DNA of 64,000 nt from Raja brachyura (GCA_963514005.1 OY740822.1:4340001-4404000), one strand, 5' to 3'; shown: positions 47,085-61,285, counted from the first letter of the stretch. Numbers and translations are program-made. The notes: generated by a model not told the origin, from the letters alone.

Positions 47085-47521
47085 GAATATGGGATGGTGT
47101 CCCTCCATTTTGCTTGTGACCTCACTTTGATAGTTGAGGAGGCCCAGGAAAGAAAGGTCACCTGGACAGAAATGCTGCACTTGTCACTTTACCTTCCCCC
47201 TTGAATCAATTCAGGGACCCAAACAGTCTTTCCATGTGCGGCAGAGGTTCACCTGCACCTCCTCCAACCTCATCAGTTGCATCCGCTGCTCCAGGTGTCA
47301 GCTGCTCTACATCGGTGAGACCAAGCGCAGGCTTGGCGATCGCTTTGCCGAACACCGCCGCTCAGTTCGCAATGATCTCCCGGTGGCTCAGCACTTCAAT
47401 CCCCCCTCCCATTCCGAGTCCGACCTTTCTGTCCTCGGCCTCCCCCATGCCCAGAGTGAGGACCACCGTAAATTGGAGGAGCAGCACCTCATATTTCGCT
47501 TTTGCAGTTTGCACCCCAGCG
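47085..47521 (+). mobile_element. Penelope GIY-YIG fragment with a short inverted piece upstream
   Basis: QGPKQSFHVRQRFTCTSSNLISCIRCSRCQLLYIGETKRRLGDRFAEH. Confidence 0.88.
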
Positions 47522-47984
47522 GAACTGTGCTGTGGAATGCATGCAGCATGATCAATCTATGTATTGCCTCAGTAATATCCTTAAGTGCTCAATGCTGGAC
47601 ATTTTCCTACCACGCTTCCCCGGTATGTAAGACCTTGGGTTAAATGTACTACAAACTACTCATGTTCCTTATAATTTTCAAAAATTCCGACACCTCATTG
47701 CTTGAGGTTCTGAGGGTCAGCATGTGGAAGTGTTGAATCAGAAATAAAAGCATTTCGTTAGGCCGCATTTGTAATATTGCTTACAGTTATTTTCCCCCTT
47801 TACAGGATGGATGTGACTCTGGAACTTATGCAGATGCGGTTTCCCAGAATGATCACTGGATTACAGGGTGTTTGTTAGAAATATAAATAAATTGAATTGG
47901 ACAGACTTACGTTGTGTTCCCTGGGGCGCCCGAGATTGATGGGAGAACTACTAATTCTACTGGAACAGCATCCCTCTTCCCACC

Positions 47985-48218
47985 AGAACTGCCCCCTCCA
48001 TCGACTCCTTTAAGTCGAGACTAAACACTCATCTTTATTCTCAAGCCTTTCGTGACGTCCTCTGAGTGAGGGCGATATGTATGTATTATGTATGTGCTTA
48101 ATCTATAAACCACTGTTGTATAACGTTAGTACCTCCACCAATGTAAAGCACTTTGGCCAACGAGAGTTGTTTTGTAAATGTGCTATATAAATAAAAGTGA
48201 ATTTACTTGACTTGACTA
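47985..48218 (+). mobile_element. L2 LINE 3' end
   Basis: FKSRLNTHLY remnant; TGTAAAGCACTTTG..GTGCTATATAAATAAA; (ACTTG)n tail. Confidence 0.65.
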
Positions 48219-49342
48219 GAGGTATAACAAACTATGAGAAGCAAGGATAAGGTAGCAGTCACAGCGCTTTTCCTGGAAGGAAATATTAAACGCTGGAGGG
48301 CAGAGATTTTATGTGGGTGGGGCAATGTTGAACGGAAATATGCGGCATAAACTCTCTAACAGTGAGAAATGTGAGCGACGGGCGCACTGTCAGGGGTAGT
48401 GATCATTCAGTACGGCGGTGGCATTTAATACATTTCTGGATAGTCACGTGTATAAACAGGGAATGGGTGGATATTGATTATGTGCAGGCAGATAAGAGCT
48501 GGTTTGCGCATCATGTTTGGTACGGGCATTGTGAGCTGAAGGGACTGTCCATAAACTCTACTGTACTAATAGTTTATTGTGTATTGTGTGTTCTTGTGTT
48601 CTTGTATGTTCCTGTGTGCAATGTTTATTGTGTATTGTGTGTTCTTTATCATTGTACCGCTGCTGGCAAATTCATTTAACTTGCACTTTATGTTCAATGT
48701 GACGAATAAAACCGTATTGTATTGTATTGTACTCTGTTCCAAGTCAAAGTACTACAATTGCCTTCGAAAATCAACCTGCACCTCACATAGTAGTGTCCAA
48801 CACGGCCACTGCCAATGCGCCTCTCTATCTTACATTTCCATCCTTGTATTGGCTGCCATGCGTCGCAATGAGCCAGACAATCCGCTATTTCGCAAACCTC
48901 TCGCTGCTGCTGTGCTCCACATGCGACGTAGAAAGTAACTCGTGTTTGTACAATCAGGGAGGAAGTTTGTATCTCCTTCTCCCTGTGCAAATGCGATGTC
49001 GTTCGAAATAAGATGGTTTCTGTTGGACCTGATGAAGAGATGGTGCGCATGATTATTTTATTTTCAGCATCTGTGTTACATCAGCACTGTTGAATCCTCC
49101 AGCGTTCTATTAATAAATGGTTAACCATAGCAACTTGTTCGTGGAATATCAATACCGCAAATCTCCATCGGGACTGATTGTGTCATCGTAAATTGTTTCC
49201 CTCATATAAATAAACGTCGCTATTAATGAGGTATAACGGCGGTAGAGCGAGAGATACCGCCGGTTCTGGCTGAGAATTCCTGCTCTGCACCGGGGAGAGG
49301 AAGGAGCGATCTCTGGAAACAGGAGAGTGTGCTGCGAATTCA

Positions 49343-52300
49343 ATGGCTCACCAACTGAAAAGTGCGGAACGGGTTGTTGGAACGGGTAAAAATGTTTTCT
49401 GGTATGCCGATTATATTTTTTCAAATCATGACTGGTTGACGGTAGATGGCCGAATTGTCAATGCACTTTCGACCATTCAATTGATTTACTTTCCGATCCT
49501 CGCCATTACTGCTGTTCCTGGTGAGTTTTCGTTTCTCTTTTAATTGTATGAACAGCATCTGCTTGCATTTTGTCTTGTTATCTGTGCCACGTTTCTTGCT
49601 GTCTTTGTTCTTTGCCGTTGATGAATGTCTTGCCCACCGCTACCTGCCACCTGTACGCTATTAGCGTTTGCTTCATCCCGCCACATTCCTATTAGGAGGT
49701 TCGTAGGTTGCCTCCAATTGCTAAATTTATTTCTGCTCCAGAGTATTCTCTCCTTCAATCCATGCGTTCACTGCAGCTGAAAGCTGTATCTTTTTTTCGT
49801 GAATGTATAATTGCATTCCAAGACTGTGGTGTTGACAAGAGGTCCAAATACGTTGCCTTACTGCAAGCGCGTATCGGGGTCACCGTGGTAATAACAAGCC
49901 ACTGAGTATAATGACAATAGCGGGGAAGTTAACGGAAAACTGTCTAAATGACAACATTAACCAACCACCGATGCCACGGATTTTCGTGCAAACTTCAAAT
50001 TTGCTATCCTATCACTTGCTTTCGTATTAAAGTACTTAATGCTCAGTGCTAATGGTGAAGAACCCATCGCCGATCCGTGTCATCCACCAGTAATCATTGG
50101 CTGCTGATCGCACAAACGAATATCCAGTTCTTACATCGAATGATTTAGATTCAATAGACTTTTGCAATAGGTGCAGGTGTAAGCCATAGGGAACTTCAAG
50201 ACAGCACCGCCATTCAATGCGATCATGGCTAATCATCCACAATCAGTAACCCCGTTCCAGCCTTCCCCCCATATCCCCGATTCCGCTATCTTTAAGAACC
50301 CTATCTAGCTCTCTCTTGAAGGTTTCCAGAGAACCGGCCTCCGCCGTCCTCTGAGGATGAGAATTCCACCAACTCACAAATCTCTGTGTGAAAAAATGTT
50401 TCCTCATCTCCGTTCTAAATGGCTTCAAATAGCAATTTCTCCAGCATTCCATAGGTACTTATCTGCTAGCAATTTAATTTATTCCACGCCAGCAGGGCCA
50501 GAGCAGTGAACCGTCCTCAACCTCCTTCAACCCTTTCATAGGTCATTCCAGCTGAATTTGGCCATTCAGCCCATCGAGCTTACTCCATCATACAATCGTG
50601 CCGGATCTATCTTTTTCGCTCGACCTCATTTTCCTGCCTTCTCTCCGTTACCCTTGACACCAGTACTTCTCGTGTATCTGTCCACCTCCGCCTTAAAAAT
50701 ATCAAATGATCGGCTCCACAGCCATCTGTGGCAATAAATTAAACAGATTCACTACCCTCTGACTAAAGAAGTCTGTCCTCATCTACTTTCCAAACGTGCA
50801 TTGTTTTATTATATCTCCATTTGTGCTACATTTCCCAATAATTGAAACACGCTCTACGCATTCGCACCATTCCAGGACTTTCACTATTCTGCAAGCTTCA
50901 CTGAGGGCGCCCTTCACCCCTCTAAACCTCAGCGAATATAGGCCCCAATCAACCGCTGGATCTTTCTTGTAAACCTCCCCTGCTCCCTCATCAACTCTCA
51001 GATATGGGGCCCAGAACTGCCCATATTACTCCAAATGCGGTCATTGCAGGACATTATGATCCTCAGGATTACAACCCTTTTTCTTCTCTAGCCTTCTCGA
51101 AATATTGCATTTGGCTTCCTACTACCGATTGAACTTGCAAATTAACCCTTTGGAAATCCTTCACCAACTCTCCGAAGTCCTAGTGCACCTCCGTTTTCTG
51201 AATCATCCCCGTTTCGAAAATAATCTACGCCTTTATTCATACTACCATAAACACATCACTCCACACTCTGCTACACTGTATTCCATCTGCCAATTATTTG
51301 TCCTCTCTCCAACCCCGTCCAAGACTTTCTGCTTTCCCGACACTACAGGCCTTTCCAACTAGCTTTGCGTTATGTGCAAACGTGGCCATGAAACCTTCCG
51401 TTCCCTTACCATAATCATAGAAACATAGAAACAGAACCATAGAAAATAGGTGCAAGAGGAGGCCATTCGGCCCTTCGAGCCAACACCGCCATTCATTTCG
51501 TCATGGCTGATCGTCCCCAATATAGAAACATAGAAAATCGGGTCATTACGACACAATGGAAGAGTCGCGTCCGCAGCATCAACACCCTGAGGAACGCCGC
51601 TAGTCACTGGCAGCCTTCCAGATAAAGCTCCCTTTATTACAATTCTTTGCCTTCTACCATATCAGCCAACCTTTATCCATGCTGGCATAGTCCCTCTAAT
51701 ATTATCCCCCTCCTTTAGCAGCCTCACGTGTGGAAACGTATCAAATGTATTTTGAAATCCATGGAAACATCAAACACTGATAGTCCTTTGTCTGTCCTGA
51801 TATTTAATTCCTTTAAAAAATCCAATAGATTCGTCACTTGCATTCTCTTCTCAGTGCTGTTTAGCGCACTGGATACAGAATAATACTTGGTCCCAGACGA
51901 ATGTTATATCGCAGGTTCATTACTGTCTCCTCAATGTTTTCCAATTTCAAACCCTTGAGATCGCATGCATTATTCTGTTATTCTGTAGCCATGTCCTGTC
52001 AGATTTAAACATTCCGCATAATATTTCGTAGTCTCACCCTTTATAATGTTGTAAAATATGCCGCATTTACAATCCTATCTCAAGTTTTTACATGGCCGGA
52101 ACGTTGTTTCTTTTCCTCCCTGCGCCACGCACTTGGTCATCGATCTCAATTTTCCCAGTGTCCGGTCCATGTTGTAACTATTTCCAAGCTTTCAACTCTT
52201 TCCTTCAAAACACTTTGTGAATGAATATGAAAGTATTTGTTTCAGTTCTCATGGATGATTGCGCGGCCTATTGCAATTTGAAGGAATCTGAAAACAGGAA

Positions 52301-53647
52301 TGTAAGTGGCGAAATGGCAAAATGTATGAACTAATCAAATCCTGGGAGACTGCCTGCTGACCAGTATAATTGGCTGCTGGCCCACGTACACATATAACGC
52401 GAGTAGAGAATTATTAGCTGCAGGAATCTAAACTTAATTTCAGGATCAATATATGTGACATATGTTGTACATTTGGTTAAGCAACGTGTCTTTGATGCAT
52501 CCCGCAGGTCTCATTTAATTCTGACCTTGCAAAACGTATATTCATCAGGAATATTAAGCTTGCTGCGTCCTTTGTTTTGCTGTGTGCCCAATATTACGGT
52601 TCTTTACGATTACTATATCGATTAATTGCAACAAAACCATACACTACAACGTATTTCCAGGAAATGATAATGTCTTTATTGTTCAATACAGAAACAGCAT
52701 TTCAATCTGATATTTTAAATCCCTGCTTATTCCATTCCTGGCAGTGAACGTGGTGACGATCATGGTCCTGTGCCGTGGAGAGTGCGGTCTCTCCAAAGGA
52801 GTCACTCTCTATCTGATCGCCATGGCGACGGGGGATCTACTGGTCGTTGTAATTGACCTGATACTGAGGCAGATACCAATTGCTTTCCAGCATCGTATTG
52901 TGTTCTTGTGGAACCTCCCCGTGTGTAATATTCACGCTGTCCTGCTTTATGCGACGACCGACTGTTCTGTGTGGTTCACGGTCACGTTCACGTTTTGATC
53001 GGTTTGTCGCTATTTGTTGTCAGAAGCTGAAAAGGAAATACTGTACCGCGAGAACAGCTGCCGTGGTTGTGGGGACAGTAATCGTGCTGAGCTGTTTAAA
53101 GAACATATTTTGGTATTTCATGCTCACAGGGAAATATAGTTATTTTAATTCCCCTTGGTTTTGTGACGGGGCACGAGGTGTCCATTGGTCAGTGGTCTGG
53201 GGATCAATCGAGCTCCTTCATTATTTCTTCACCCCTCTGATCCCATTGGTGCTGGTTCTCCTGCTCAACGTTTTAACCATCAGACATGTATTTGTCGCCA
53301 GCAGAGCCCGCGGTAGGCTCCGGGTTCCCATCGGTGGGGAGAGTCCCAGAGACCCAGAGATGGAGAGACGCAGGAAATCCCTAATTTTACTGCTCGTGGT
53401 CTCGGGGAATTTAATCCTGTTATGGACAATGTTTACAGTGCATTCAGTGTGGAGCCGACTGTATTTTCCTTTTGCTGTGACTCTGCGGCCACCAGATTCT
53501 GTACGAGAACTGGGCACAATGTTGCAGCTCCTGAGCTGTTGCACAAACACTGCCCTTTACGCCGTGACCCAGACCAATTTCAGGAAACAGCTAAAGAAGT
53601 TGGTGAAATCTCCCCTCAATCTAATTGTAGTGCGCATGCAGCGTTGA
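49343..53647 (+). pseudogene. Two-exon GPR139/GPR142-like class A GPCR (exon 1 49343-49520, exon 2 52745-53647) with a +1 frameshift at 52993-52996
   Basis: Exon 1 ends IYFPILAITAVP-G|GTGAGT; acceptor CCTGGCAG| joins in phase 1 to VNVVTIMVLCRGECGLSK; 7 TM segments with MATGDLLV, FTFDRFVAIC and SCCTNTALY; 359 aa if the extra T is removed. Confidence 0.88.
50160..51850 (-). mobile_element. Several CR1 fragments in the GPCR intron
   Basis: CR1 3' UTRs near 50165, 50560 and 51415, with ORF2 remnants. Confidence 0.75.
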
Positions 53648-53922
53648 GATGATCTAGGAAATCCGTAGCTGCACGCAGATCCTCACCTCCTCTTCTGTGA
53701 GGGCCCATGTCCCTCCCGTCTTGACCAAGTCAGTTGCGTCACTCTGTCCCCACGCATTACATCGGTCCCAGATTCCACGGTCTGATCGGTGTCACGCCTC
53801 TTCAACATAGCTACTCGTACGTGAACGGCATTATCCTTTCCTCGCTGAAAACTCGCACGTTCCACATTGCCCGGAACAATGGCTGGAGATATTTCCATTG
53901 TGTGAAATTGATTCATTCTCTC

Positions 53923-54219
53923 NNNNNNNNNNNNNNNNNNNNNNNNNNNNNNNNNNNNNNNNNNNNNNNNNNNNNNNNNNNNNNNNNNNNNNNNNNNNNN
54001 NNNNNNNNNNNNNNNNNNNNNNNNNNNNNNNNNNNNNNNNNNNNNNNNNNNNNNNNNNNNNNNNNNNNNNNNNNNNNNNNNNNNNNNNNNNNNNNNNNNN
54101 NNNNNNNNNNNNNNNNNNNNNNNNNNNNNNNNNNNNNNNNNNNNNNNNNNNNNNNNNNNNNNNNNNNNNNNNNNNNNNNNNNNNNNNNNNNNNNNNNNNN
54201 NNNNNNNNNNNNNNNNNNN
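53923..54219. other. Assembly gap
   Basis: N run. Confidence 1.
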
Positions 54220-54429
54220 TCTTTATCTCTCTCCTGAATCAGGCGGAAAGAAGGGGCAGATAAACAGCTTGACGCAAGCGATGTCCTGATGTATGCGAAG
54301 TTGGTGGGAACTGTGAACTGAGCCCAGATGACCAGGCATAGTCGTGTGCAGAGCCAGAGCAAATCGAGGGCCTAATCGACACTCCCGGCTACATTCTATC
54401 TTTCAAAGTATTTGTTTATTTCTCAGCAG

Positions 54430-54745
54430 AATGAGCGGGAGAGAGAGGTAGAGGGGGGGGGGGGGGGGGCGAGAGAGGGATAGGGGGTGCGGCGGAATAG
54501 GGGTTGATGGGGGAGAGATGTCGAGAAGGGGAGGAAGAGCGGGGGTTGGAGAGGGAGAGATAAATGTCAGGAACAAGAGAGGGAGCGAGAGGGAAAACGT
54601 GCGAGAGGGGGAGGAGGACGGGGGTACACGTGGACAGAGATGGGGATAGATTGAGGGAGACAGAAAGAGATAGAGGGAGAGAGTGAGATAGAGTGAGAGA
54701 GCCGGAGGGTGGGAGAGAGAGCGTGTGTGTGTGAGAGAGAGATGC
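54430..54745. repeat. GA-rich low-complexity tract
   Basis: Purine-rich microsatellite-like sequence. Confidence 0.85.
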
Positions 54746-54879
54746 GATGATATTGCTTCAGGTGTCAGTGGGTTGGCATAATGCCTGAATTCCAGTGATG
54801 TGTCTTGAGGGGCCGCTATCTGGGAGATTCGGGAGTTTCTCAAAGCAAACAAGTGCAGTAGGAGCAAATTCCTCTCTCT

Positions 54880-57475
54880 CGTTTAAATATGAGGTCATAT
54901 CCAACACTCAGCTCGTCCCTCACATGGATATAGGAGATAACTCTGGGAAACATCCTTCTTGTTCTCTGGCTAGTTCTCTCGCCTCGTTTGATCACTTACT
55001 GTCTTTGCATAGTTTTATATTTTGTCGTTGCATACCTTATGCCATTTAGCTGAGGCTGCGATATTAGTATGTGCCTTGTCAAGTTTACAGTTACCAGTTC
55101 TATCATGGTCCTGTCCGTCTTGCCAGTGTGAATATATGCTCTGCCCAGCGTGTCCGCTAGCTGCATCTCCTTCCCTGGTCTGTAGCTTATTGTCACATCA
55201 TAGGTCTGCATGCTCACCAGCATCCTCTACAATGTATTTGGTGCACAATGAAGTGGTTTTGTAGCGATTATCTCCAGTGGCTTATAGTCTGACTGCACAT
55301 TCACTAGCTTTCCATATGTGTACACATGGAACCTCTCTTGACCAAACACCACTGCCAGCAATTCTTTTTCTATTTGTGCATATCTGGTTTCTGCATCCAT
55401 CAGTGACCTGCTGGCATAGGCAACTGGATGGACCTCCTGCATCAGCGCCGCACCAAATCCAGTTTCTGACCCGTCGGCCAGTACTGTAAGCTCCTTGCAT
55501 GGGTCATAGTATCTGAGTACTAGCTCTGCAGTTACTTGCTTTTTATGTCCATCACCGCCCTGTCATGCACCTGTGCCCACCACCAAACTACATCCTTCTG
55601 TGTCAGCTTGCGTAGCGGTTCACATAGGTCGCTTAGTCCAGGAAGGAATTTAATCAAGTAGTTAACAAACCCAATAAATCGCTGAACTCCTTGGACATCC
55701 GCTGTGTTAGGCATCTGCAGCACTGCTTCTACCTTCCAGATGACACGAAGCTGGGGGGCAGTGTTAGCTGTGAGTAGGATGCTAGGAGGCTACAAGGTGA
55801 CTTGGATAGGCTGGGTGAGTGGGCAAATGCATGGCAGATGCAGTATAATGTGGATGCATGTGAGATTATCCACTTTGGAGACAAAAACAGAAAAGTGGGC
55901 TATTATCTGAATGGTGGCCGATTAGGAAAAGGGGAGATGCAACGAGACCTGGGTGTCATGGTACACCAGTCATTGAAATTAGGCATGCAGGTGCAGCAGG
56001 CAGTGGTATGGTATGTTAGGATTCATAGCAAAAATATTTGAGTATAGGAGCAGGGAAGTTCTACTGCAGTTGTGCAGGGTCTTGGTGAGACCACATCTGG
56101 AGTATTTCGTACAGTTTTGGTCTCCAAATCTGAGGAAAGACATTCTTGCCATAGAAGGCCGCAGAGGGTACAGAGAAGGTTCACCAGACTGATTCATGGG
56201 ATGTCAGGACTTTCATATGAAGAAAGACTGGAAGACAAGAGGTCACAGTTTAAGGATAAGGGGGAAATCTTTTAGGACCGAGATGAGAAAAACATTTTTT
56301 CACGCAGAGAATGGTGAATCTCTGGAATTCTCTGCCACAGAATGTAATTGAGGCGACTTCATTGGCTATATTTAAGAGGGAGTTAGATGTGGCCCTTGTG
56401 GCTAAAGGGATCAGGGGGTATGGAAAGAAGGCAGGTACAGGATACTGAGTTGGATGATCAGCCATGATCATATTGAATGGCGGTGCAGGCTCGAAGGGCC
56501 GAATGGCCTGCTCCTGGACCTATTTTCTATGTTTCTATGTTTCCCTGGATCTGGTTTCAGTCCTGCAGCCGAGACTCTATGTCCTATGAAAGTGACTTCG
56601 TTCACCTTCAGCTTTGCCTTCTCTATGTTCAGCTTCAGGATTCTGTCATGACATCTCTCCATCAGAGCTCGGACCTTCATGTCAGGGTCTCTTTCTGCTT
56701 CCTCTCCAGTTTTTTCCTTTCCCAAACACTAGGATGTCGTCAACAACAGACCTCATGCCCTCCAACACTTGGATCTGTCAGCGTTGGAACTCTTCAGGGG
56801 CCGTGGACAAACCAAATGGCATACTTCTCCATCTATATCTGCCATATGGTGTGTTAAATGTCGTAAGCTGAGAACTCTCATCATCCAGTTCCACATGCCA
56901 AAACCCATTCTTGGCGTCAAACGTGCGAGAGACCTTGGTGTAATTCACATCTGTGAGGACATCTTTAATCGTCGTAATTGGGTAATGTCTTCTTTTAAGC
57001 CCCTTGTTCAGATCGCTCGGGTCTAAACACACTCTCAACTTTCCATTGGGCCTTTCTACACACACAAGGCTGGGGACCCGAGTGTGGGTCTCAGCCTTAT
57101 CAACACTGAGCACTCTTTCTGCTTTTACTGCGTCTGGTTGCAGTTTCATCATCTCTTGGCTGTCATCATATTCATCACTGGAACTCTCCACTTCCACCAC
57201 CGCATGCATAGGTGTTTCCCTTTCTTTTCTTTCTTCTGGGTCTTCTGTTGCACCTCCTTTTCCGTGCATTGTGATGCGAAATGATCTTTCTTATGGCATT
57301 TGTAACACTCCCAGCCATATGCCGGACATCTCTCCTTCTTCCTCTCATGTTTGTATCCGCAGTATATGAACTGTATGGCTGGCTGGTATATTTTCCCCTC
57401 TTGTCTTACAGCACAGTCATCCCACTTCTGATACGGTGTTTTAATATTGTGTTTCCTTATTGTAAACTGCTCCAT
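54880..57475 (-). mobile_element. Decayed Gypsy gag-pol interior (LTRs not identified)
   Basis: CPAYG.EC.KC.K.DHFASQC knuckle; RVCLDP.DLN, DAKNGFW, VDDIL and PVAYASRSL..AE.RYAQIEKELLA motifs; internal deletion of the protease region. Confidence 0.9.
55738..56540 (+). mobile_element. CR1 3' fragment nested in the Gypsy RT
   Basis: Removing it restores KPDPGKVEAVLQMP; TTCC on both sides. Confidence 0.9.
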
Positions 57476-57599
57476 TACAGCTTCGCAACTAATTAACAGA
57501 GGCTTTGCACTCGAGCCATGTGTTGAGCTATTATTATTCAGGATCCATCTTAGCTACTGCCTCATGGCTATGGCATCATCGGTACTGCACCACCTATAG

Positions 57600-57845
57600 C
57601 GCTATTTCCATAATAGAGTAGACTTGATGGGCCAAATGGCCTAATTCTACTCCTATAACTTAAGAACATGAATTTACAGCAGACAATTAACCTACACACC
57701 TGCACGTCATGAGAGTGTGGGAGAAAACCAGTGCACTCGGAGAAAACCCACGGTCACAGGAACAACGTAGAAACTCCATACCAACATGAACTCATAGTCA
57801 GGATCGAACCCGGGTCTCCGGCGTTGTGAGAAAGAGGCTCTACCG
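57600..57845 (-). mobile_element. V-SINE (HE1-like) plus CR1-type tail
   Basis: Minus-strand GACCCGGGTTCGATCC B-box and V-domain-like core. Confidence 0.65.
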
Positions 57846-57859
57846 ATTAAATTACATTT

Positions 57860-58465
57860 TAATTGGAAGAAAATGCAGTCCTTTTAATACTGGATAACAG
57901 ATCTACACTCTGTGCATGGATGGCTGGAAAGATGGAGCTGGATATCATCACTAGACGTGCAGGAAGCAACGCCCAAATCTGCAGGTTGCGTTACCAAGGA
58001 ACAACATATGTGAGAAATGCAGAACCAAGAATAACCCTGGGGGTTTCATGGAACAAAACCCCTGGCTGAAGAAACTCAAAATGCAACCTGATCAATGTGG
58101 AACCAATTTCATCAGGTTGGATAATGGCGGGAATACACTGGAGGAAATTACAATGACCAGTTCGGAAGTGATTAGTAGCATGTTGTGATTTGCTTTTGGA
58201 TGGTTGTTCTATGTATTTTGAACAACTCTCCAATAAATATAATTCACCTAACTCACACTTTTTTAGATATTTTCAAATTAGGCATTTTTTGAAGGCTACT
58301 CTACCCTTTTATCCGTTACCACATCAAACCGAAATCTTGGGGGAGAAAATTACATTTGAACCCTTATCAGAAAGGCTTAATAACGACTATTTATGAGTTG
58401 ATTTTGAAATTACAAATAGATACATTTGATAAAATTAAGAATGACTGGGAAAGAAAACTCAAAAT
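57860..58465 (+). mobile_element. L1-clade ORF2 C-terminal fragment
   Basis: FEQL..KY.....HFFRYFQIRHF motif. Confidence 0.65.
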
Positions 58466-61033
58466 TTCTTTTTTTTTGTACAACTTCGTAATTTTGATTT
58501 AGCAATAAAAGAACAGTGAGAGAAAAAAGAAATAAAGAGTGTCGGAATAGATAGACAAGCGAGTAGAAACAGATGGCAAAATAAATAAAGGACATAGAGG
58601 AGAAGCTGAAAAGATTGAAATTGGAGAAAGTAAAGAAAAGAGAGATTAGGAGAGATCTCCCTATTTCATATTTTTGCCCATCCGTCACCAGGTTCTAAAC
58701 GATTTAATTTCTAAAGTTATGTTATGTTGCACCGTATGCTTGTAAAACGTTGATAAAAGGAGACCAAGTCTTTGAGAATTGGTCTACTTTGCCTAGTAGG
58801 AGAAATCTCATTTCTTCAAGATGAAGCTTTTCAGACATATTTGACATCCACATTTTGAATGTTGGCGTGGTTGCGTTTTACCAAAATTTGAGTATATGTT
58901 TTTGTTGCTGTTATTAGACCGTAATTAAGAAAGCTTCTTGGAATATAGTTACTTTACTTCCCTCTTCCATTGATCCAAAGATAATCAGTTCTGTATTGGC
59001 GTTCAATTTTGTGTTAAATAGTTTTGTAAAAATTCCAAAAATTTCATTCCAAAATGTATAGTTTTATACAAGAGAGAAAGGAATGTGCTATAGTGGCATT
59101 TTGAGTTAGACATTTGTCACAGATGGGGGAAACATTTGGGAATATTTTATTCAGTCTAGTTTTCGAATAATATAATCTATGTAAAATTTTTAATTGAATT
59201 AGTTTATGTTTTACATTAATTGAACATTTATTTACATATAATAAAAAAAATCCCATCTATCATTAGGAATTTCTATCAATAACTCTTGTTCCCAGTCCCT
59301 TCTAATTGCCTCTGTCGTTGGTGTTTCTATATTTAAAATTATATTATATAAGTAAGATATTAAATTGCTTGATTCTGCCTTTCTATTCATTCCTTCCTCC
59401 AATAAATCTGGGGTTAGGGTTTGATATTCTTGTATATATTTCTTCAAATAATCTTGAATTTGAAGATATTTGAAATATTGATTATTTTTCAAATTATATT
59501 TTAGTTGTAATTGTTGGAATGATAAAAGTTTTCCCATATCATACATATCTCCCATTGTTTTAATTCCTAATATTTCCCAATTGATATACGTTTTATCAAT
59601 AATGGATGGTTTGAATGTGGGATTATTAGTTATTGGAGAAAGAAGCGATAATTTTCTTAATTTTAAAGTTAATTTTATTTGATTCCAAATTCGTATTATA
59701 CTGTGAATAATTGGATTCTTCTTATATATTACATTGTACAGTTTCAACGGGGAAAGAAGGATCGCTCCTATATTATAAGGGAACAATCCTCTTTCTCCAT
59801 TCTTATCCAATCTACATGTTGGGCAGAACTGTCCAACCAATAGATTATAGTTTTAATATTCACTGCCCAATAGTAATACAATAAGTTAGGGAGTGTCAGT
59901 CCCCCTGATTCTTTAGATTTACACATGTGTTTTTTCTTAATTCTATGCGATTTATAATCCCATATGAAGTTTCTAATATCAGAATCTAATTTTTTAAAGA
60001 ATTTTTAAAGTAAGTATATTGGTATTGATTGAAATAGGTACAGTATTTGTGGTAAGAAAATTATTTTTATCGCATTTATTCTGCCTATTAAGGACACCGG
60101 CAGTGTTTTCCAGAATTTCATCAACCCATTTAATTTAGTTATTAAAGGCATATAGTTTACGTTGAGTAATGATTTATATTTCCTAGTAATTTGGATGCCC
60201 AAATACTTAATTTTTCTGTTGCAATTCCAACGGGGAATTTCAACAGATGTATCGGCTCTTGAGGTTTTATCGTCATAATTTCGCTTTTGTTCCAGTTTAT
60301 TCTATATCCTGAAAAAAAACCAAATTCCTCTATTAAACTTAGTATATTTGGTATGCTAATTTGCGAATTTGTAAGATATAATAATATGTCGTCTGCATAT
60401 AATGAAATTTTATTATTTGAGTGTTTGGTATTGTATCCATGAATATTCGGATGACTTCTTATGCTTTCTTCTAAAGGCTCTATCACTAGTGCAAATAGCA
60501 GAGGCGATAGTGCACACCCCTGCCTATTGCCCCTTGCCAATTGGAATTTCGGGGATAATATATTATTAGTCAGTATTCTAACCGGCGGCTTATCATATAA
60601 TAATTTTACCCATGAGATAAAGTTATCTCCCATGTTAATTTTTTTCAATAATTTGAATAAATATTGCCATACTACTTGATCGACAGCGTTTTCTGCATTC
60701 AATGAGATAATTGCTACGTCTTCTTCAGTATTATGTGAGTACATTATATTAGACAGCCGTCTCAAATTGTTAAATGATTATCTATTTGGTATAAACCCAG
60801 TTTGCTCCGGGTTTATTAGTCTGCTAACATATTTACTCAATCTTCTCGCTAGTGTCTTTGCTAATATTTTTTGATCTGTATTTAGGAGTGCAATAGCTCT
60901 ATATGATCCTGGGTCTTCTAGATCTTTATCCTTTTTTGGTATAAGTGTAATAGTTGACCCAGTTAGTGTTTCTGCTAGTTTATTTTCTTTAAAAGCATAT
61001 ATATATAAATCATGCAAGCGTGGAGAAATTATC
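58466..61033 (-). mobile_element. L1-clade LINE, 5'-truncated and decayed
   Basis: SYRAIALLN.D.KILAK, GNRQGCALSPLLF and LYADD motifs; C-terminal CDKC..H..C finger; T-run at 58466-58477 as poly(A). Confidence 0.9.
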
Positions 61034-61069
61034 TTTTACTTATTGGATTTTATTTAGGGGTATCAGAGT

Positions 61070-61285
61070 AAAGGGGGCTGAATACTTTTGCACGCCACAC
61101 TTTTCAGTTTTTTATTTCTGAAAAAATTTGCAACCCATGTATCATTTTCCTTCCACTTCACAATTATGTGCCACTTTGGGTTAGTCTATCACATAACATC
61201 CCAATAAAATACATTTACGTTTGTGGTTGTAACGTGACAAAATGTGGAAAAGTTCAAGGGGAATGAAAACGTTTGCAAGCCACTG
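61070..61285. mobile_element. Tc1-like IR/DR terminal repeat
   Basis: Ends in ..GCAAGCCACTG; inner and outer direct repeats GGGGGCTGAATACTTTTGCA and GGGGAATGAAAACGTTTGCA about 185 bp apart. Confidence 0.8.

Noticed and set aside
53734-54362. ORFs spanning N runs (also 61181-61529)
   Set aside because: Artifacts of assembly gaps.
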